From the NCBI GenBank assembly GCA_951406725.2, contig OX597825.1, forward strand, positions 56,110,001 through 56,174,000: a stretch of DNA of 64,000 nucleotides, in the 5' to 3' direction. The notes beneath the pieces are model-generated. The model searched no databases. It was not told the origin of the DNA and saw only the letters and a program-made list of their open reading frames with translations. Positions 56,452 through 64,000 of this stretch are shown here, in pieces. How positions within the stretch are numbered: the first letter of the stretch is position 1; each line of letters starts with the position of its first letter. The translations under genes and the position numbers were made by a program. This DNA is from Octopus vulgaris (Eukaryota).

Positions 56452-57101
56452 ATATACATACATACATACATACATACATGCATACATATGTTGTTAGGTA
56501 GATACATACGGGCATACATATACATACATAAAAACACACGTATTTACACACATATACACGCACATGTATACATATATGTGCATCTTTTAATGCTGAGTTC
56601 GTTTCAATTGTCCCTACCCGTCACAACATATATACCGATATCTAAACATCTATTTATCGATGTATCTATGCACTTACCGCTGGCGTTCATTCTCACGACT
56701 CCATCTCTCCTCTGATGTGGTCATGTCTGTACATGCAAAGATGCATACATTCATACATACACCTCCACACATATGGTTATACATACGCGTATAGCGTAGG
56801 AATTATACATTATACATACATACATATATACATATATATACACACACATATATTGATAAATAGATAGAGTGACAGATAGATAGAAAGATAGATAGGCATA
56901 TACATATGTATACTCGAATATAATTGATATGTGTATATATTCGTGCATACATCCTTACACACATATTTATACGCATGCATGTATACATTTGATTTTTGTG
57001 TAATTCACACATTCTTCTGCCTAATTCCTCTCTGTTTCGTCCCCCACTATCTCACTCCTTCTCTCATTCTCTGTTTCTGTCTCTCTCAATCTCTCCCTGT
57101 T

Positions 57102-57133
<32 letters not shown>

Positions 57134-57613
57134 TCTCTCTCTCTCTCTGTGTCTCCCTCCTTGTTTCATATTCTATGTCTTTCTTTATCATCTACCTCAA
57201 TCTCCTTTCGATCAGTTCTCTCGCCTCCATTTTATCTTTTTCTCTCCATAGTCCGCCATTTTCATTGCCTCTCCTCCTTATCCTCTCATTTTCTCTCTTA
57301 AGCTTCCTTTTCATGCATGTCCAGGCATCTTATAGCCTCAAACCTTACCACCATCACCACTACTGCCTCCGCTGCCGCCGTTGCCGTTGCCTACAGATCT
57401 ATGTGCCTTTAGTTATCGCTCCATAATTGACATTCTACCAAATATATAACACTCGTTCCCACAGATTCTTCTCCAGTTTATCTTACATTTAAAAAGACGT
57501 TTCATAACAACAGTAACTATAACAATGTTAGTAACAACAACAACAATAATAATGATGACGATAATAATAATAATAATAATAATAATAATAGTAGTAGTAG
57601 TAATAATAATAAC

Positions 57614-57690
<77 letters not shown>

Positions 57691-58437
57691 TAATAATGAT
57701 AATAACAATGATAATAATATTACAACACTAATAATAACTGTTACGATAGCAATAATGGTAATAATAACAAGAAAAAGAAGAATGGACACCGATGAATAAT
57801 TCATGATTCGATTGTACATGAAGAAGAAGGAGACGAAGAGGGAGGAGAAGAAGAAGAAGAAGAGAAGAAGAAGAAGAAGAAGAAGAAGAAGAAGAAGAAG
57901 AAGAAGAAGAAGAAGAAGAAGAGGAAGGATGAGAAGAAGAAGAAGAAGAAGAAGAAGAAAAGTAGAACAACAACAACAGCAACAGCAGAAGGAGCAACAA
58001 TAAACGGGAAAGGAGGGAAAGAAGGGTAGTAGTAGTAGTAGGAGTGGGAGGAGGAGGAGGAAGAGGAGGAGGAGGGGGAGGGGGAGTGCAACAATAAGAT
58101 CAGCAGCATTGACGATGAAGATGATAACAAGAGAGAAGTAAAAGGACAAAGGTAGGATCTAAGCTGTACTCTCTTTGTACTCGAAAGGGAGTAGAAAACC
58201 ATTGTGTTGGATTGCTAGTAACACACTGCAAAGGGAGGAGAGAAGAGAACCAAGAAAATCAAGGAACGTTCGTGAGGAAGAAAAAATGGCCGACCGCAAT
58301 ACTTCACTGACGGCATTGAACTTCTATAACAGAGAAATATATAAAAAGAATAATCCCATAAAATACACACCCACACACACCCACACCCATACACACCCAC
58401 ACACACCCACACCTACACACAACCACACACATACAAC

Positions 58438-58472
<35 letters not shown>

Positions 58473-58509
58473 GTGTGCAAATGTAATATGACAATTATTC
58501 GGTAGCCAT

Positions 58510-58570
58510 GATAAAACTCCGAGTTTCGGATGCCGAGGTGGAAATCCACGCAGCCATTTCTTCAGTTATC
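58510..58570 (-). ncRNA. Type I hammerhead ribozyme motif
   Basis: GAUAA-CUGAAGA-(long imperfect stem II with GUGG/CCAC)-GAAA-CUCgGAG-UU-UUAUC; perfect 5-bp stem I and quasi-palindromic stem III. Confidence 0.8.
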
Positions 58571-58668
58571 GGGCCATCGGAAAAATGCTATGAAAAATTT
58601 ACAGATAAATTCCTCTATTTTCATAATATCGAGGTCTCTTTCTTTCTTTTGTTGTTTTACCATTATCA

Positions 58669-58706
<38 letters not shown>

Positions 58707-58888
58707 ATAATAAATATTAGGGAATAAATCCAAATTTACAGGGAAAAAATCAGATTTAGGATTAAATCCAATTTTTTTACTTTTTTTATTTATTTTACTT
58801 TTTTTTTACTTTTTTTTACTTTTTATTAAAATTTTATGTATTGATTAAGTCTTTCCTTGTTTGTTTTGCAAAATAGTGGTTTTGTCTC

Positions 58889-58949
<61 letters not shown>

Positions 58950-59329
58950 ATATGTTTGCATTTGAGTATTTCTACGTATGTCCGAGTGTATGTATGGCTG
59001 CTTACGTATGTGTATATATATATATATATATATATACATACTTACATTTTGGGCAAATGCCTACTACTATAGTTTCGGACCGACCAAAGCCTAGTGACTG
59101 TATTTGGTAGACGGAAACGCAAAGAAACCCGTCATAAGTATATATATAATTCTTTTACCTGTTTCAATCATTTGTGTGCGGCCGTGCTGCAGCACCACCT
59201 TAAAGGGTTTTAGCAAAGGAAATCGACCCCGGGAAGTATTCTTTGTAAACTTAGTACCTATTCTACCGGTCCCTTTTTCCGAACCACTAAGTTCCGAGGA
59301 CATACGCACACAAACATCGGTTGCACACT

Positions 59330-59399
<70 letters not shown>

Positions 59400-59400
<1 letters not shown>

Positions 59401-59725
59401 GTGGCACTCCGTCGGTTACAACGATGAGGATTCCAGTTGATCCGGTCAACGGAACAGCCTGCTCATGAAATTAACGTGTAAGTGGCTGATCACTCCACAG
59501 ACACGCGTACACTTAATGTAGTTCTCGGGAAGATTCTGCGTGACACAGAGTGCGACAAGGCTGGCCCTTAAAAATACAGGTACTACTCATTTTTGCCAGC
59601 TGAGTGAACTGGAACAACGTGAAATAAAGTGTCTCGCTCAAGGACACAACGCGTCGCCGGGAATTGAACTCATAACCTTAGGCTCGTGAGCCGAATGCCC
59701 TAACCACTAAGCCATGAGCGTTCAC
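59400..59725 (-). mobile_element. tRNA-derived SINE family C (CORE-like central domain)
   Basis: A box TGGCTTAGTGG, B box GAGTTCAATTCC, core gtgtccttgagcgagacact. Confidence 0.85.
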
Positions 59726-59736
59726 TATATATATAT

Positions 59737-59959
59737 TCTTTTATTCTTTTACTTGTTTCAGTCATTGGACTGCGGCATTACTGGAGCACTGGATTTAGGC
59801 GAACAAATCGCCCTCTAGGACTTATTCTTTGTAAGTCTAATACTTATTCTATCGATCTCCTTCGCCGAACTGCTAATGTTACGGGGAAGTGAACACACCA
59901 ACATCCGTTGTCAAGCAGTAGTGGAGGTCAAACTCAGACACACAAACATACACACACAT

Positions 59960-60046
<87 letters not shown>

Positions 60047-60151
60047 CGACGGTCTTCTTTCAGTTTCCATCAACCAAATCCACTCACAAGTGTTTGGTCG
60101 GCCCGAGGCTATAGTAGAAGACACTTGCTCAAGGTGCCACGCAGTGGGACT
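59737..60151 (-). mobile_element. SINE family A, head truncated
   Basis: Reverse-complement match to family A. Confidence 0.8.
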
Positions 60152-60372
60152 TACTTAACCCGGAGACACAAGGTAAAGATAAATGTTGAGGATATAGTAA
60201 CTAATGATATTAACGGAACTCGCCTGACACCAATATAAAGTGAGGAATATAAAGTAGAAGACGCAGTGGGACTTACTTGACCCGGAGACACAAGGTAAAG
60301 ATAAATGTTGAGGATATAGTAACTAAGGATATTAACGGAACTCGCCTAGACACCAATATAAAGTGAGGAATA
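60139..60372. repeat. ~112-bp tandem duplication
   Basis: 60139-60250 matches 60261-60372. Confidence 0.9.
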
Positions 60373-60484
60373 AGCGACATAATATTTAAAAGACAAATGG
60401 GATAAACACGTTGTGCGACACCGAAAACATTCAGTGTAGACGCTACACCGAACGGATAATTAACCCATAGATTTAGGAAAGCTG

Positions 60485-60930
60485 TTCTTGTCTTGTCTTG
60501 AGACAGCATTCACCCGGGGTAGGTTGAGTTGGGTTCATTCATCCTCAATGCAGCATCTCTCACAAACGCCGACCAGGCCTGGCGATTTAAGGCTAACGAC
60601 CGCGTGATCTCCAACCACCGCGAACTCCGTAGACATGGGGTGCTAAGTTGTGTTCCAGATCAGCCTTGACTGTCATCAGCCAGGTGTTTCGTTGTCCACC
60701 ACATCGTTTTCGCCAACCCTGAAGGGGAGCTGGGGCAATTGCTTCCTAGATGAATTTTCCTGGTTGACGACGGAGGGCAGGACCCAGCCAACGGAGACGT
60801 CTCGTTAGGATGACTTGTCGGAGGGAGGTGATTTTGCACTGGTGTCGCATCGAATTGTTGGAGACAAAGCGATGCCATCGGACACGAAGGATGCGGCGTA
60901 AACAGAGGTGATCGAATGACTCTAGTCGCT
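60485..60930 (-). mobile_element. RTE-clade LINE 3' end
   Basis: PHVYGVRG..RSLALNRQAWSAFVRD..YPG* followed by a short (CAAGA)n tail. Confidence 0.7.
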
Positions 60931-61589
60931 TAAAAGCTGTTAGTGAGGTTACACTTGAAAGTTAGGTGATAGAATCCGGGACGATCTGTTAGGTCATAAA
61001 TACGTTAAATCATACCTCTTTGATAAGACCATGTTACATATAGGAAGTCTGTTGCTCGTACATCTAGCACTAAGTTTACTATTAAACCAAAAATGCAGTC
61101 TACCATTTAAAATGTATGAAGACGTAGTGTAAGAACTCAACTGCGGCATACATTATTGAGACTGCTATGTGTTTAGCACAGTGAATGGATGAGAACTGGC
61201 GTGATTACCATGATAAGAAGCACGTATTGATACTACTGTATCAACATGCGAAAGATAAAGATAATGGCATGCTGAATAAAATAGGTTTTAAAATCCTTTC
61301 GACATATCTGTATGACTCATCGTTACGACAAATACTGGAATTTATTCTTATAAATGAATGGATACTGTAACTTAATAAGAATTATACGATTAAAATGTGG
61401 AAACCACGCCGCCACCCCCAATGCCTGCACGCTGTGATATTAAACACACAACGGAGATGTGTATGGGAGATAATTTGTTCAATTTGCTTAATGTGAGTGT
61501 GCCAAATTGAAGGTGAACAGACATTAAAATTCTTATTTCTTTGAATTGTTAGAATAAAAACAGAATGTCACTAATGTATGCATTGTATA

Positions 61590-62620
61590 TTAGGTAGGAA
61601 CAAAAGTTCGTGCCATTTTCAAGTAAAATTTTAAAACAAAATTTATACATTCGTACGTACCTTTATTCAACTACATACGTCCCTTTTTATTGCACTACCT
61701 TTTGCCATCCTTGAGACAGCTACATGATTTAATTCTCCGAAAACTTGCATCTTTGTATGTCTTGAACTGATCTAAGTGATTTTTATAGTCTTCTAAAGAA
61801 TTGAAGTTCTTCTACTTAAGAGAATTTTGTAGGGATCGAAATAAATGGTAATCCGAAGAAACAACGACTGAGCATAGTAAAACACCCCAGCCAAACTTTG
61901 CCGATTTCTGCTGAGTGTACCGAAGAAAAGGGACACACTTTTAATAGGCCAGTCCTGGACGTTTTTCATCGATTGCCACCTGTAATCGAACAATAATTAT
62001 CTTGATCAACGTGTAATTTTGCGGAAGAAGCTCGTAAAAAAAAAGGCCCTTCTAATCCAAACAGATACAAAACGACAACTTTTTAGGATATTGATTGGCT
62101 CTGGGAATAATTAAAGGTGGTGTCACTCCACATTGTTGTAAACAATCCATTTTTCATTACCTATGATCATTCTTTACAAAATGGTTAGTTTTTTTTTGCA
62201 TTTGTGCAAGAGATCGCAGATAGAAATGCGATCCATTAAGTTTTTTTTCCTTTAAATTATGACACACGTCAAAATTATTGTGATTCACGTATCCAAAAGT
62301 ATTTAGATGCTATGTAAGGCGTATATGAAGTATGCAACGTTATTCTAAAATGTCTCGTGTCAGTTAATCTGAATTATTTCTGATTGGCGTTTCAATTTGG
62401 TCATCACCAATGACTCTTGAACTGCATGAACAATCACGGTTTTCCAGGTCAAAACTTTCACTCCTACACCTAGCGAACCATTCATGAACAGTCCTCTAGG
62501 TGAGGCGCCAGCTCCACAAACTGTACATAACTTATCTTGATGTTTTTCCTTTCAAGAAATAATGATCATCGAATTTCGACAATGTGTCTCATCTTCCTCC
62601 ATTTTCACTTTTAATGCAAA
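61590..62620 (-). mobile_element. mariner transposon remnant
   Basis: TVHEWFARCRSESFDLEN..DDQIE (HTH region), MIIGNEKWIVYNN; TIR-like ttaggtaggaacaaaagttc. Confidence 0.75.
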
Positions 62621-62677
62621 AACAAAACAAATATACAATCCACTCAGTAATCGTACAGAAAGACATGTTAAACTATC

Positions 62678-62717
<40 letters not shown>

Positions 62718-63149
62718 ATTTGTGTGTATGTGTGTGTGCGTGCATGTGTGTGTGCGTGTGTGTGTGTGGTTTGCTTATGACATTTGTCAAAGAAAACGTT
62801 ACCAGTTGGAGAACGGTAGGAACTTTTGTTCAAATCCAACACACACACACACACGCACGCACTCGCACACACACATACGTATGTATATATGTATGGATAA
62901 GAAAATACGATTGGGAATATATGCGTATTACAGAATAGAACTCAAAACTTAGTGAACACAGATAAATTGGACTCAAAGCTTATGTATACATATCCTTTTT
63001 TATTATTATATCTCATCGGCAGAAATTACGAAAGTAACTTAAGGGCCGAGCGTTTCTTGCATAGCACTTATCAAAGTATATACATATGTATGTATATATG
63101 TATGTGCTTGTGTGTTTGTGTGTATATACATGCGTATATTTGCACATGC

Positions 63150-63187
<38 letters not shown>

Positions 63188-63207
63188 TCTTATATATATA
63201 TATATAT

Positions 63208-63256
<49 letters not shown>

Positions 63257-63318
63257 TATCTAATATATATATGTTTATATATTCATATCTAAGCATATAT
63301 ATGTTTATAAATATACTC

Positions 63319-63418
<100 letters not shown>

Positions 63419-63936
63419 GCGTGCATACATATATACATACACACACGCATACATAAACATATAGATATACGTATATGTACGCTGATAAACTTTAAACCTA
63501 TAATATATATATATATATATACATATATATGCACACACACACAACAAAGAATTAAGTAAAAAATATAAGATTATCGAAAAGGGCAACAAAAAAAAATGAA
63601 CATGAATTAAAAGAAAAAAAAACCCAAGAGAGGAGGAGACGAGATGATCTTGTTTATTCCATCTGTGTAACAAAATATTTAACGCACACGTTCTTGCAGT
63701 GCTCCCATAGAGGGTATCAATTTGCCGAAACCTACAGCCGGACTTATTAACTCCGTTGAATTGCAATTAGATTTAGTAAACATATAACAGACATCTCGGA
63801 GAAGTTGAGTCGCCACGAAGATTAATTCTTCTTTCTTTGCTCCGGAATCTGACACCTTCCGTCCCTACGTTCCCTCCATTTCATTTTCTCTTTAGATTTT
63901 AGTTTTATTTTATTTATTTATTTATTATTATTATTG

Positions 63937-63988
<52 letters not shown>

Positions 63989-64000
63989 AACTACTACTAC

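Noticed and set aside
58285-58360. AAAAATGGCCG start-like context (MADRNTSL...)
   Set aside because: Runs into a CA microsatellite without a splice donor.

Overview
AT-rich, extremely repeat-dense animal genomic DNA. The tRNA-derived SINE families and the density of (AAT)n/(TA)n/(CA)n tracts resemble an octopus/cephalopod genome; this is inference from recall, not a search. No host protein-coding gene is securely identifiable, and most listed ORFs are microsatellite translations. Real coding content is transposon-derived: a head-to-tail array of four Dong/R4-type non-LTR retrotransposons (RT plus restriction-like endonuclease) inside (TAA)n tracts at 10.4-17.8 kb, a 5'-truncated Penelope-like element (RT plus GIY-YIG) at 32.6-34.9 kb, and remnants of L1/Tx1, CR1, RTE, mariner, hAT and Helitron/Helentron elements. 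The most notable signal is a set of type I hammerhead ribozyme motifs. One lies in the Penelope terminal region, one in an ORF-less stretch at 58.5 kb, and two inside a head-to-head pair of tRNA-headed SINEs at 55.1-55.8 kb, suggesting a ribozyme-bearing, possibly Penelope-mobilised SINE. A ~55-nt motif repeated in the 5' regions of two apparently unrelated LINEs is a candidate unnamed structured RNA.
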